A stretch of DNA of 64,000 nucleotides, taken from assembly GCA_934130355.1 (NCBI GenBank), contig CAKOXV010000006.1:8541-72540 (forward strand), read 5' to 3'. Made by a program: the position numbers and the translations under genes. Shown here in pieces: positions 29,379-39,694 of the stretch. The stretch's first letter is position 1. Each line of letters opens with the position of its first letter. The stretch is from an uncultured Clostridia bacterium (GTDB lineage Bacteria > Bacillota > Clostridia > TANB77 > CAG-508). Below the pieces are notes generated by a model. That model saw only the letters and a list, made by a program, of their open reading frames with translations, was not told the DNA's origin and did not search any database.

Positions 29379-31097
29379 TTACCCTAAAATTTTCTTCATT
29401 TCTTCTTGTCTTTTAACCTTTTTTGTTGTTGTTTTAATAAGTTCCTCATCTGTAAAAATCATATTTTTAATATATTTATATGGTGGAAAAGTTTTATTAA
29501 TTTCCTTTATTTGTTCCCATACAATTTTTCTTAATTCTTCTTCATTACAATCAGGATATTCTTCTTTTGCTATATCTTTATTATATACAACTTTTACAGA
29601 AATTTTTATATCATTTTTGTCTTCTTCGTCAGGCATTCCAAAAACCATACATTCTTCAACTAGAGGAAGTCTATTTATTAAAACCTCTAGTTCCTCTGGA
29701 AATACTTTTTTACCATTTTTTAATACTATCATGTCTTTTTTTCTTCCTGTTAAAAATAAATATCCATCTTTGTCAAAATATCCTAAATCCCCTGTGTAAA
29801 ACCATCCATCTTTTAATACTGCATTTGTTGCTTCCTCATTTTCATAATATCCTAGCATTACATTTGGTCCTTTTACTCGTAGTTCTCCGATTCCGTTTTC
29901 ATCTTTATTTATTATTTCAACTTCTACATTGTCCATTGGAAATCCTACTGAACCGCTTCTCTTTTTGAATGCATTTTCTGCTGCTATTACTGGTGCAGTT
30001 TCTGTAAGTCCATATCCTTGAACTAATTCAATTCCTAATTCATTAAAACCTTTTGCAACTTTTTTGTCTAATGGTGCTCCTCCTGAAATTATAAATCTCA
30101 TTTGTCCACCTAATGCATCTAAAACTTGTTTAAATATTTTCTTTCTTAAGTCAATATGAATCTTTAATAATCCATTACTTATTTTTCTTGCTGTATTAAT
30201 TAATTTAGTTTTACCTTTTTTCTCTATCTCTTTTTCAATATTTTTATAAATTGCTTCTACAAGAAGTGGAACTCCTACAAATAATGATACTTTATATTCT
30301 CTCAAGTTTTGAGCAACATATCTTAATCCATCTGGGAAAGCTGTTGCAACACCAGATGCAAGCATTACTATCATTTCTGTTGAACCAAATATATGATGAA
30401 ATGGTAAAAATGCTAAATTTACATCTGTTGGTAAAAATCTTTCAACTAGTAACATTGCATATACATTTGATGCAATATTATGTTGTGAAAGCATTACTGC
30501 TTTTGATTTTGAAGTTGTTCCAGATGTAAATAATAATATTGCCATTTTATTTTCATCTACTTTTACTTTTGTATATTCTTTTTCACCTTGTTTTAATAGA
30601 CTTTCACCTTGTTTTTTCAAATTCCAGAAATTTTCGTATCCATCTTGTTCTGACATACATATATATTGTTGTAAAATTGTGTTTCCTCTTTTTTTAATTT
30701 CTTCAATATTTTCTATATATTTTTCATCAAATATAACTATATCTGCTTTGCTTCTTACTAAACAACTTTCTAGCTCATCTACTTGTAATTCTTTATCTAA
30801 TGGTATTGATACAATCTCTCCTAATAAATTTGCTAAATGTGATACAACCCATTCATATCTATTTCTACCTACAATTGCAATTCTTTTGTTTTTTAATCCC
30901 ATTTCATATAATTTTGTTCCAAATGCATTTACATCTTGTAACAATTTCTCATATGTAATATTTTCATATGTGACTTCTTTATCTTTTTTATGCTTTATTA
31001 TAAATGCTATGTTTTGGGCATATCTTTTAGCTGAATTGTATAAAATTCCTTTAACATCTTTAAATTCAACTGCTTTAAAATATCTTTCTCTTTCCAT
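29379..31097 (-). CDS. AMP-dependent acyl-CoA synthetase / long-chain-fatty-acid--CoA ligase
   Basis: AMP-binding motifs LFTSGTTSKSKAV, GYGLTE and YTGDLGYFDKDGYLFLTGRKKDMI. The track ORF starts at TTG 31115. The ATG at 31097 has a better RBS (GAAGGGA). Confidence 0.8.
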   Translation of the reverse strand: MERERYFKAVEFKDVKGILYNSAKRYAQNIAFIIKHKKDKEVTYENITYEKLLQDVNAFGTKLYEMGLKNKRIAIVGRNRYEWVVSHLANLLGEIVSIPLDKELQVDELESCLVRSKADIVIFDEKYIENIEEIKKRGNTILQQYICMSEQDGYENFWNLKKQGESLLKQGEKEYTKVKVDENKMAILLFTSGTTSKSKAVMLSQHNIASNVYAMLLVERFLPTDVNLAFLPFHHIFGSTEMIVMLASGVATAFPDGLRYVAQNLREYKVSLFVGVPLLVEAIYKNIEKEIEKKGKTKLINTARKISNGLLKIHIDLRKKIFKQVLDALGGQMRFIISGGAPLDKKVAKGFNELGIELVQGYGLTETAPVIAAENAFKKRSGSVGFPMDNVEVEIINKDENGIGELRVKGPNVMLGYYENEEATNAVLKDGWFYTGDLGYFDKDGYLFLTGRKKDMIVLKNGKKVFPEELEVLINRLPLVEECMVFGMPDEEDKNDIKISVKVVYNKDIAKEEYPDCNEEELRKIVWEQIKEINKTFPPYKYIKNMIFTDEELIKTTTKKVKRQEEMKKILG

Positions 31098-31204
31098 TTT
31101 TCTATTTCCCTTCAAATATATTTCTATTTCGAAAATATCTAGTTTTCGATACTAGATTATCACATAACAAATATCTTGTCAATAAACTGACCATACTTTC
31201 TAAT

Positions 31205-32416
31205 TTATTTCATATATTTTATTTCAAATGTTGTTCCTTCACCAATTTTAGAATCACATATTATATACCCATTGTCTTTCTCTATAATAGTTTTAGCAAG
31301 TGCTAACCCAATTCCAATACTGTTTTCTGATGCATTTTTTCCTTTATAAAAACGTTCAAAAATATGTTTTATATCTTGTTTATCTATTCCATCTCCTTCA
31401 TCTCTAATTACAATTTTAGTATAGAAATTATTCTCTTCACAACTTATATAAATATTTCTGTTTTCAGGAGTATGTTCAATACAATTCTTAACTATATTTG
31501 TTAATGCTTCTAATTGCCAATTATAATCTCCTATAAATTTCACATTGTTTTCATTATATATTATATGCTGTTCTTTAATTTCTAATGGTATTGTTAAATT
31601 TTTAATTACATCATTTATTAAATTATTTACATCAATATCTCTTTTTATGAATGTTGCTGTTCCTGAATCTAATTTTGCAAGTTTTAATAAAGAAATTACA
31701 AGCCATTTAATCCACTCTACTTGTCTACTAATTTCATATATAAATGTTTGTCTAGTTTTTTCATCCATGTTTGGATTTTCTCTAATGTTATCTAACATTA
31801 TATTTATAGAGGTAAGTGGCGTTTTTATCTGATGAGATATATCTTCAATAGAAGTTTGTAATGCTCTTTTTTCTTTATAAGATGCATCTGCTTGCTGTTT
31901 TAGCATAACTGTAATTTTATATAACTCATTGCTTAAACTACTTAATTCATCTTCTGTATTTTCTTGAATTTTTAAATCATAGTTTTTTTGACTAATTTCT
32001 TTTGTGTATTTAATTATTGCTTCAATTTTCCTATTCCTCTTCTTGAAATATAATACTAATATTATTATTATAGCTATTGCTAACAAAATTAAGGTTATAA
32101 CATTAATTTTTATTATAGATTCTTTATAATCAAGTTCATTAATAACCATAGTATTACTTTTTATTCCGTATTTTTCTAAAATATTATATCCAATTTTTAG
32201 AGAATCTTCTTTTACATTTAAAATTGATATTATATCTTCTTCTTTTACCTCAGGATATTTTGTTTTTATTTCTCCAACTATATTAGCTATTACTATGTTT
32301 ATTCTATTTTGTTCTATTTTAATTGCAGTTTTAACTGCAATTATATTAGTTATTATTGCTATCATTATTGAAATTAATATTATAATTATTAATTTTTTAT
32401 TTACATATCTTTTCAT
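31205..32416 (-). CDS. sensor histidine kinase
   Basis: 403 aa. Two TM helices, H-box ISHQIKTPLTSI, and N and G boxes (RDEGDGID, GIGLALAK). Confidence 0.85.
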   Translation of the reverse strand: MKRYVNKKLIIIILISIMIAIITNIIAVKTAIKIEQNRINIVIANIVGEIKTKYPEVKEEDIISILNVKEDSLKIGYNILEKYGIKSNTMVINELDYKESIIKINVITLILLAIAIIIILVLYFKKRNRKIEAIIKYTKEISQKNYDLKIQENTEDELSSLSNELYKITVMLKQQADASYKEKRALQTSIEDISHQIKTPLTSINIMLDNIRENPNMDEKTRQTFIYEISRQVEWIKWLVISLLKLAKLDSGTATFIKRDIDVNNLINDVIKNLTIPLEIKEQHIIYNENNVKFIGDYNWQLEALTNIVKNCIEHTPENRNIYISCEENNFYTKIVIRDEGDGIDKQDIKHIFERFYKGKNASENSIGIGLALAKTIIEKDNGYIICDSKIGEGTTFEIKYMK

Positions 32417-32436
32417 TGAATTATCCTTTTCACTTT

Positions 32437-33111
32437 TTAATCATTTACTATATATCCAATTCCTCTAACAGTTTGAATTATTTTTCCATCTTTATCATCT
32501 ATTTTTTCTCTTATTCTTTTTATATACACTGTTAGAGTATTGTCATTGACAAAATTACCTGCCACATCCCAAATTTTGTCTAATATCTGTTCTCTAGTTA
32601 CTAAAATATTTTTATTATTAAATAATAGTAATAATATTTTATACTCTAGACTTGTGAGAATCACTTCTTCATCATTTTTATATACTTTAGCTGTATTATT
32701 ATCTATCATTATATCTTTGCATTTAATTTGATTCTCGCTGTTTGTATTTTTTCCATACCTACGTAATACACTATTTATTCTTGAGATTAGTTCTCTAGTT
32801 CTAAATGGTTTTACAACATAATCATCTGCTCCCATATCCAGTCCTTGTACAATATCTTTTTCTTCATCTTTTGCTGTTAAAAATATCACTGGTTGTGATT
32901 CATTTTCTTTTATTATTTTACAAATCTCACTCCCTTCTCCATCAGGAAGAGTTATATCTAATAAATATAAATTATATTTTTCTTTTTTGATTTTTGTTTT
33001 AGCAGTTACTATATTTTTTGCTGTATCTACTTCAAATCCCTCTTGTTCTAAAGAATATTTTAATCCCATTATTATTGTGTCATTATCTTCTACTAATAAT
33101 ATTTTTTGCAT
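32437..33111 (-). CDS. OmpR-family response regulator
   Basis: 224 aa. Receiver domain (LLVEDND...LLDITLPDG) plus a winged-helix C-terminus (LTSLEYKILLLL...VRGIGY). Confidence 0.9.
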   Translation of the reverse strand: MQKILLVEDNDTIIMGLKYSLEQEGFEVDTAKNIVTAKTKIKKEKYNLYLLDITLPDGEGSEICKIIKENESQPVIFLTAKDEEKDIVQGLDMGADDYVVKPFRTRELISRINSVLRRYGKNTNSENQIKCKDIMIDNNTAKVYKNDEEVILTSLEYKILLLLFNNKNILVTREQILDKIWDVAGNFVNDNTLTVYIKRIREKIDDKDGKIIQTVRGIGYIVND

Positions 33112-33251
33112 TTTACCACATCCCCTTTAGTATTATATTACCATTTTACTATTTGAAAATGACTTTTTACTCACTTTATTATAACAGAAAAATTTAAAAC
33201 TTGCACTTTTATTTTTTTTAGTATATAATGCAAACATGGGGGTAACTAAAG

Positions 33252-33602
33252 ATGGAACATTGGAGTGTTGAAGACTATAAAAACTTTACTGATAAAAAAA
33301 TTAAAAGAACAAAATATAGAGCATATAAAACTTCTATTGATGGCCATACTTTTGACAGTAAAAAAGAAGCAGAATATTATTGTGAATTAAAAATGAGATT
33401 ACAAGCTAAAGAAATTAATGGTTTTTGTCTACAACCTACTTTTATGCTTGCACCTGGATTAAAATATAAAGCTGATTTTGTTATTTTTAATTCTGATAAT
33501 TCTTATGAAGTTATTGATGTAAAAGGTGTTAAAACAAAAGAATATATAGCAAAAAAGAAAGTTTTTGAAGATAAATATAATATGAAAATAAAAGAAATTT
33601 AG
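33252..33602 (+). CDS. DUF1064 domain protein (phage-associated family)
   Basis: 116 aa. KYRAYKTSIDGHTFDSKKEAEYYCEL...ADFVIF...EVIDVKG pattern, recalled from DUF1064 phage proteins. Confidence 0.6.
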   Translation: MEHWSVEDYKNFTDKKIKRTKYRAYKTSIDGHTFDSKKEAEYYCELKMRLQAKEINGFCLQPTFMLAPGLKYKADFVIFNSDNSYEVIDVKGVKTKEYIAKKKVFEDKYNMKIKEI

Positions 33603-33646
33603 ATTAAAAGAGTGCACAAATATATAATACTTGTCCACTCTTTTAT

Positions 33647-34354
33647 TTATTGTTCTGAATCTAAAATTTCATCCATTTTATCTTGAGAAATATATTCATA
33701 TCTTACCATTTTTTCAAGAACTTGTTTTTGACGTTGAGCTGCTAAATCAGGGTTTTTCGTTGGTGCATATACAGATGGTGCATTTGGAACACCTGCTAAC
33801 ATACTACTTTCATATTCATTCATGTCTATCGGTTCTTTACCATAATATCCATTTGCAGCTTTTTTTATTCCAGTATATCCATTTCCGAAATAACTTGTAT
33901 TTACATACATTTCTAGTATTGTATTTTTATCACAATTTCTTTCAATTTCAAATGCCATAAATACTTCTGCTATTTTTCTTAATGCTGTCTTCTCTTGTGT
34001 AAAATATACATTTTTAGCTACTTGTTGTGTTATACTGCTTCCACCTTCTTTTAGTTCAAAGGATTTTACATTTGTCCAAATAGCTCTAGCTATTCCTATG
34101 TAGTCTAATGCCCCATGGCCGTAAAATCTCCTATCTTCTACTGCAACAACTGCTTTAGTATAAAATTCTGGTAAGTCATCAATTTTAGTATAATTTTCTC
34201 CAGCTTGAAGTTCTGCAACTTTATCTTTTACACTGATTTTGTCTAATGCTTCTTTATAAATTGAATATCCTTTATATGTTAATATTGCTCCTATAAATAG
34301 CACTATTAATATTATAAATCCTATTATCTTTTTTACTACTTTCATAACTACCAC
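33647..34354 (-). CDS. monofunctional peptidoglycan glycosyltransferase (GT51)
   Basis: 235 aa. TM anchor, then AVVAVEDRRFYGHGALD, GGSSITQQVAKN and RKIAE motifs. Confidence 0.8.
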   Translation of the reverse strand: MVVMKVVKKIIGFIILIVLFIGAILTYKGYSIYKEALDKISVKDKVAELQAGENYTKIDDLPEFYTKAVVAVEDRRFYGHGALDYIGIARAIWTNVKSFELKEGGSSITQQVAKNVYFTQEKTALRKIAEVFMAFEIERNCDKNTILEMYVNTSYFGNGYTGIKKAANGYYGKEPIDMNEYESSMLAGVPNAPSVYAPTKNPDLAAQRQKQVLEKMVRYEYISQDKMDEILDSEQ

Positions 34355-34372
34355 CTAATTTTACTATACATT

Positions 34373-34756
34373 TTATATGTGACTATAAAGTGACTTTATA
34401 ATAGGGATAAAAATTATTATTCCTATTATTGCAGCTCCAATAGCTACCGCAAGAACTGCAGCTGCTGAAATATCTTTTGCAATTTTTGCTTTTTCGTTTT
34501 TTTCGGGGCTAATCATGTCTACAACCGTTTCTATTGCAGTATTGAACAATTCGGCACTTATTACTAATACAATTGCTACAACAATTAAACACCATTGTAT
34601 TGGATTTAATTTAAGCCATATTCCTAATACTATTACAATGAACATTGCTAATGTATGAATTTTCATGTTTTTTTCTGTTTTAAATGCAGAAAAAAAACCT
34701 TGTATAGCATATTTAAAACTATTTAATATTTTTTTATATTCTTGTTTTGGATTCAT
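34373..34756 (-). CDS. dgkA: diacylglycerol/undecaprenol kinase (DgkA family)
   Basis: 127 aa, three TM helices, ELFNTAIE motif. Confidence 0.75.
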   Translation of the reverse strand: MNPKQEYKKILNSFKYAIQGFFSAFKTEKNMKIHTLAMFIVIVLGIWLKLNPIQWCLIVVAIVLVISAELFNTAIETVVDMISPEKNEKAKIAKDISAAAVLAVAIGAAIIGIIIFIPIIKSLYSHI

Positions 34757-36068
34757 ATTCTTTCCTTTCTTGAAAATTCTTTATATGACTGTATTTTAAA
34801 TCTCTGCTTGAATATTTTTCAATCGTTAATCCTACTTTATCTTTCATATAATGTAAAAGTAATATTAAAATTACAGATGAAATTATTCCTATTATTATAA
34901 CAGAATTTCCTGCACTCGAAAAACTTAAGAGCCAAGCTCCAAGTAAGCTTATTAATATAGAAAAAATATTATATACTAAATTCCTTACTGTAGCTAATTT
35001 TATTCTTATTTTTCTATTTGTAAAATTATTTAAATATCTATATGTTAAAACATTGTGTGCTCCTTTAATTCCACCCATTAACACGAACAAGCTTATAATT
35101 AAAATTGTTTTAATTATTTCTATATTTCCATTTGCTAACATTCCTACTAAAATTAAAGGAATTGTAAGATTAATCCCTAACACTGATAATGTTCTATTTC
35201 TAAACCTTTTATGTATTTTGCTTTGCATACCTGCAAATGTTGCTGCTGCAATCTGAATTATTGCAAAAACTATTCCAAAGTATTGTTCAGGAAGTTGAAT
35301 TTGTTTTAAGATTCCACCTCTAAATGTTGTTAAATTGTAATTTAAGCCTGATATTAATCCAAAAAATATTAGCAAACATAACATTCTTTTTGATTTTATA
35401 GAAAAGCTTATTGCTTCTTTTAATTGTTTTAAATATTCTTTTGCATCACTATCACTTGTTTTTGATGAACTTTCTTTCGATGGCATTTGAGTATGTTTAA
35501 ATCTTGTTGATAATATTGTTGCAATTATATTTCCTATCAAACACAATATTAATGGTAAATATGGTTGAATTACAAAAGTAAATCCAGCAATAAGTGATGT
35601 TACAGCATCAATTACATAATATCTTGCAGAGCCAACTCCATCAATTGTAGAATATAAATGTCCTCTCTTTTTGCCTCTAGGTAATGAATCATATAAAATG
35701 TTTGTTTCGCAAATACCTTTTATTACATATCCAACTGCATCTATGAAAAGAGCAATTAATAATTGTACATAATTTTGAGTTAGCATTAAAATTGTAATAA
35801 ATATGCACATACATAAATTTGCAAAAACAAGACTGTTTTTCTTTCCAAGTTTATCTACTAATATCCCCATTGGAATTTGCAAAACTAAACACGATGTAGT
35901 AAAAAATGCTTCTGACAACAATATTTGAGATGCAGAGAAGTTTTTAACTTGATTTAAAAACAAATATATTATTGAATAATAAAATAACAAATCCCAAGAA
36001 AACATTTTATAAATTGGATATAATCTTGCATTTATTTTTTTGTTTTGGATTTCCTTTGTTTTGTTCAT
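34734..36068 (-). CDS. MFS transporter
   Basis: 444 aa, about 12 TM helices, GILVDKLGKK-type loop 2-3 motif. Confidence 0.7.
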   Translation of the reverse strand: MNKTKEIQNKKINARLYPIYKMFSWDLLFYYSIIYLFLNQVKNFSASQILLSEAFFTTSCLVLQIPMGILVDKLGKKNSLVFANLCMCIFITILMLTQNYVQLLIALFIDAVGYVIKGICETNILYDSLPRGKKRGHLYSTIDGVGSARYYVIDAVTSLIAGFTFVIQPYLPLILCLIGNIIATILSTRFKHTQMPSKESSSKTSDSDAKEYLKQLKEAISFSIKSKRMLCLLIFFGLISGLNYNLTTFRGGILKQIQLPEQYFGIVFAIIQIAAATFAGMQSKIHKRFRNRTLSVLGINLTIPLILVGMLANGNIEIIKTILIISLFVLMGGIKGAHNVLTYRYLNNFTNRKIRIKLATVRNLVYNIFSILISLLGAWLLSFSSAGNSVIIIGIISSVILILLLHYMKDKVGLTIEKYSSRDLKYSHIKNFQERKEYESKTRI

Positions 36069-36138
36069 ATTTCACCTCAATTAAAAAGGGATTGATTCTT
36101 TTTATGTAAAATGAGTCAAGTCCCTTTTTATATATTTT

Positions 36139-37326
36139 CTAGATTAATCTTGCTGTTTCTCTTGCAATCATAAGTTCCTCATTTGTTGGTATTACATAAG
36201 CTTTAATTTTAGAATCTGGTGTTGTAATTTCTTTTTCTTCTCCTCTTATATTGTTTGCTTCTACATCTATTTTAACTCCCATAAATTCAAGCTTTTCACA
36301 AATTCCTTTTCTAATATTTATTTGATTTTCTCCAACTCCTCCTGTAAATACAATGTAGTCAATTCCATTCATTGCAACAGCATATTTAGCTATAAATCCA
36401 GCTATTTCATATTTAAATTTTTCAATTGCAATTGCTGCATCTTCATTATCACCATAAGATGCTGCTTCTATCTCTCTAAAATCTGGAGCCATTCCAGATA
36501 TTGCTTGAAGTCCTGACTTTTTATTTAATATATTTTCAACTTGGTCTGCTGTTAAGTTTTCTTTTTTCATTATATATGTAACTACAGAAGGGTCTAAATC
36601 TCCTGAACGTGTAACCATTGGAATTCCTCCAAGTGGTGTTAATCCCATACTTGTATCAATTGATCTTCCACCTTCAACAGCAGTTATACTAGATCCTTGT
36701 CCTAAGTGGCATGTAACTATTTTTAGATTTTTTATATCTTTTCCAACAATTTCTGCTAATCTTCTAGATACATATAAATGTGATGTACCATGTGCTCCAT
36801 ATTTTCTTATTCCATATTTTTTATAATATTCATAAGGAATTGGATATATAAATTTTTCTTTTGGCATTGTTTGGTGGAATGTTGTATCAAATACTCCTAC
36901 CATTGGTTTCCCTGGCATAACTTTTTTACAAGCTTCTATTCCTATTATTCCAGCAGGATTATGTAATGGTGCTAAATCTATACACTCTCTTAAAACATCT
37001 ACCACATGTTCATCAATTAATGTAGATTCTTTTATTTTTTCTCCACCATTTAATAATCTATGTCCTATTGCAGAAATTTCGTCTAAGCTATCAATTACCT
37101 TATATTCTGGATTTATTAATTGTTTTAATGTAAAATCTACTGCTTCTTCATGTGTTTTTGCAGGATGTTTTATTTCTATTTTTCTTCCATTAACTTTATG
37201 TGTTATAAAAGCTTCAGCTTCTCCTATTCTTTCATATTTTCCAGAAGCTAATACTTCTTCATTCTCCATATTTATTAATTGATATTTTAGTGATGAACTA
37301 CCACAATTTAGTACTAATATTTTCAT
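36139..37326 (-). CDS. ackA: acetate kinase (paralog 2, distal)
   Basis: 395 aa with MKILVLNCGSSSLKYQ, HRLLNGG, FDTTFHQT and YGAHGTSH. Confidence 0.9.
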   Translation of the reverse strand: MKILVLNCGSSSLKYQLINMENEEVLASGKYERIGEAEAFITHKVNGRKIEIKHPAKTHEEAVDFTLKQLINPEYKVIDSLDEISAIGHRLLNGGEKIKESTLIDEHVVDVLRECIDLAPLHNPAGIIGIEACKKVMPGKPMVGVFDTTFHQTMPKEKFIYPIPYEYYKKYGIRKYGAHGTSHLYVSRRLAEIVGKDIKNLKIVTCHLGQGSSITAVEGGRSIDTSMGLTPLGGIPMVTRSGDLDPSVVTYIMKKENLTADQVENILNKKSGLQAISGMAPDFREIEAASYGDNEDAAIAIEKFKYEIAGFIAKYAVAMNGIDYIVFTGGVGENQINIRKGICEKLEFMGVKIDVEANNIRGEEKEITTPDSKIKAYVIPTNEELMIARETARLI

Positions 37327-37347
37327 TTCAAAAATCTTCCCTTCTTT

Positions 37348-38541
37348 TTATTTATTTACAATTTTCTCTGTTTCTTTCGCAATCATAAGTTCTTCATTTG
37401 TTGGTATTACATATACTTTTACTTTTGAATCTGGTGTAGAAATTTCTGTTTCTTCTCCTTTTACAAGATTTAGCTTACCTGAAATTTCAACTCCAAATAC
37501 TTCTAGTAGATTACAAATTTCTCCTCTTGAATATGGTGATTTTTCTCCTACTCCAGCAGTAAAAGTAAGTACATCTAATCCACCCATTGCAACAGCATAT
37601 TTAGCAATAAATCCTGCAATTGCATAATGGTATGCATCTAATGCTGTATTTGCTCTTTTTCCGCCTGCTAAAGCTTCTGCTTCAATATCTCTAAAATCTA
37701 TTGATACTGTTGACATTCCATAAGCACCAGATTCTTTATTTAAAATTCTTTCTATTTCATCTGCACTTAATCCTTCTTTTTTCATTATATATGTAACTAC
37801 TGATGGATCTAAGTCTCCTGAACGTGTTCCCATTGGTATTCCTCCAAGTGGTGTTAGCCCCATACTTGTTTCTACTGATTCACCATTTTTTATAGCACAT
37901 AAACTTGCCCCTTGGCCAAGATGACAGTTTACTATTTTTAAGTCTTTCACATCTTTTCCCATAATTTCTGCAACTCTATTTGCAACATATTGATGTGATG
38001 TACCATGAAATCCATATTTTCTTATTCCATATTTTTCGTAATATTCTTTTGGAATTGCATATAAATATTTATCTGCTGATATAGTTTGATGAAAAGCTGT
38101 ATCAAATACTGCTACCATTGGCTTATCTGGCACTACTTTTCGGCATGCCTCAATTCCTAATACTGCTGCCGGATTATGTAAAGGAGCTAATTCTGCTGTA
38201 TCTTTTATTCCTTGCACAACTTCATCTGTTATTAATACCGCATCTTTAAATTTTTCTCCACCATGTACTACTCTATGTCCAATAGCATCTAGTTCATCTA
38301 ATGATTTGAATATTCCATAACTATCGCTTACTAATCTTCCCATCACAAATTCAATTGCTTTTTCATGATTTACAGCTGGATGCTCAAATTTGTGTTTTTC
38401 TCCATGTACTTTGTGTGTTAGAAAAGCTTGCTCTTGTCCTATTCTTTCATAATTTCCTTTTACTAACATTTCTCCTGTTTCTGTATCTATTACTTGATAT
38501 TTAAGTGATGAACTACCTGAATTTAATACTAAAATTTTCAT
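37348..38541 (-). CDS. ackA: acetate kinase (paralog 1, adjacent to pta)
   Basis: 397 aa with MKILVLNSGSSSLKYQ, HRVVHGG, FDTAFHQT and YGFHGTSH. Confidence 0.9.
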   Translation of the reverse strand: MKILVLNSGSSSLKYQVIDTETGEMLVKGNYERIGQEQAFLTHKVHGEKHKFEHPAVNHEKAIEFVMGRLVSDSYGIFKSLDELDAIGHRVVHGGEKFKDAVLITDEVVQGIKDTAELAPLHNPAAVLGIEACRKVVPDKPMVAVFDTAFHQTISADKYLYAIPKEYYEKYGIRKYGFHGTSHQYVANRVAEIMGKDVKDLKIVNCHLGQGASLCAIKNGESVETSMGLTPLGGIPMGTRSGDLDPSVVTYIMKKEGLSADEIERILNKESGAYGMSTVSIDFRDIEAEALAGGKRANTALDAYHYAIAGFIAKYAVAMGGLDVLTFTAGVGEKSPYSRGEICNLLEVFGVEISGKLNLVKGEETEISTPDSKVKVYVIPTNEELMIAKETEKIVNK

Positions 38542-38559
38542 AAAATCCTCTCCTACTTT

Positions 38560-39558
38560 TTAATTTTGTTGTGCTTGAACTGCTGTTATAGCAACAACTC
38601 CAGCTATATCTTGACTACTGCATCCTCTAGATAAATCGTTTACAGGTCTTGCTATTCCTTGGCATAATGGTCCATAAGCTTCTGCATTAGCTAATCTTTG
38701 AACTAATTTATATCCTATATTTCCAGCACCTAAATCTGGAAATACTAATACATTTGCTTTTCCTTTTAAAGGACTTCCTTTTGCCTTGAATTCTGCTACC
38801 TGTGGAATTATAGCAGCATCTAGCTGAAGTTCTCCATCTATTAGTAAATCTGGTTCTTTTTCTCTTGTTATTCTGGTTGCTTCAATCATTTTTTCTGTTG
38901 ATGCTGAATGTGCACTTCCATAAGTAGAATAAGATAGCATTGCTACTTTAGGTTCATTTCCAACTAATTGCTTAAAGCTTTTGCTTGATGAAATTGCAAT
39001 TTCTGAAAGTGCTTCTGAATCTGGTTCTTCATTTAATCCACTATCTGCAAATATAAAAGTTCCATTTTCTCCATAATTGCAGTTTGGAACTACCATTATA
39101 AAAAATGCTGATACAAGTTTTGTTCCAGGAGCTGTTTTTAATATTTGTAAAGCTGGTCTTAATGTATCTGCTGTTGAATGTGCCGCACCAGATACTAATC
39201 CATCTGCTTCATTTAATTTTACCATCATCATTCCAAAATATATTGGTTCTAATACTAGTTTTTTTGCTTGTTCTTCTGTCATTCCTTTTGCTTTTCTTAA
39301 TTCATACAATGTATTAGCATATTCATCTATTTTCTCAGATTTGGCTGGATCTATTATTTGAGTATCTCCTAATTCTATCTCTTTTTCTTTAGCCATTTGT
39401 CGTACTTTTTCTTCTTCTCCAATTAGTACTACTTTTGCATATTTTTCATTTTTAATAATTTCTGCTGCTTGTAGAATTCTTATATCTGTTGCTTCTGGTA
39501 ATACTATTGTTTTAATTTCTCTTTTTGCTCTTTGTTTAATTTGTTCTATAAATGACAT
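38560..39558 (-). CDS. pta: phosphate acetyltransferase
   Basis: 332 aa. PTA_PTB family (IVLPEATD, GLVSGAAHSTADTLRPALQI, LVFPDLGAGNIGYK). Confidence 0.9.
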   Translation of the reverse strand: MSFIEQIKQRAKREIKTIVLPEATDIRILQAAEIIKNEKYAKVVLIGEEEKVRQMAKEKEIELGDTQIIDPAKSEKIDEYANTLYELRKAKGMTEEQAKKLVLEPIYFGMMMVKLNEADGLVSGAAHSTADTLRPALQILKTAPGTKLVSAFFIMVVPNCNYGENGTFIFADSGLNEEPDSEALSEIAISSSKSFKQLVGNEPKVAMLSYSTYGSAHSASTEKMIEATRITREKEPDLLIDGELQLDAAIIPQVAEFKAKGSPLKGKANVLVFPDLGAGNIGYKLVQRLANAEAYGPLCQGIARPVNDLSRGCSSQDIAGVVAITAVQAQQN

Positions 39559-39694
39559 TTTTCCCTCCTTAATATATTATAAGTTCTTAATTTATTTAAT
39601 GTTCGAGTTTAATATATCATATCAATTCAAAAAACACAATACAAAACAAGAAAAAACCCTATACTATGGTTACAGTATAATGGTTCTGAGGAAC

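Noticed and set aside
33252-33602. Prophage at the DUF1064 locus.
   Set aside because: It is a single small gene with host-like composition. No integrase, structural or lysis genes and no flanking direct repeats are visible.
33631-33960. 109-aa plus-strand ORF after the DUF1064 gene.
   Set aside because: It is antisense to the GT51 glycosyltransferase gene, which has clear motifs, and its product is a His/Leu/Phe-rich low-complexity peptide.
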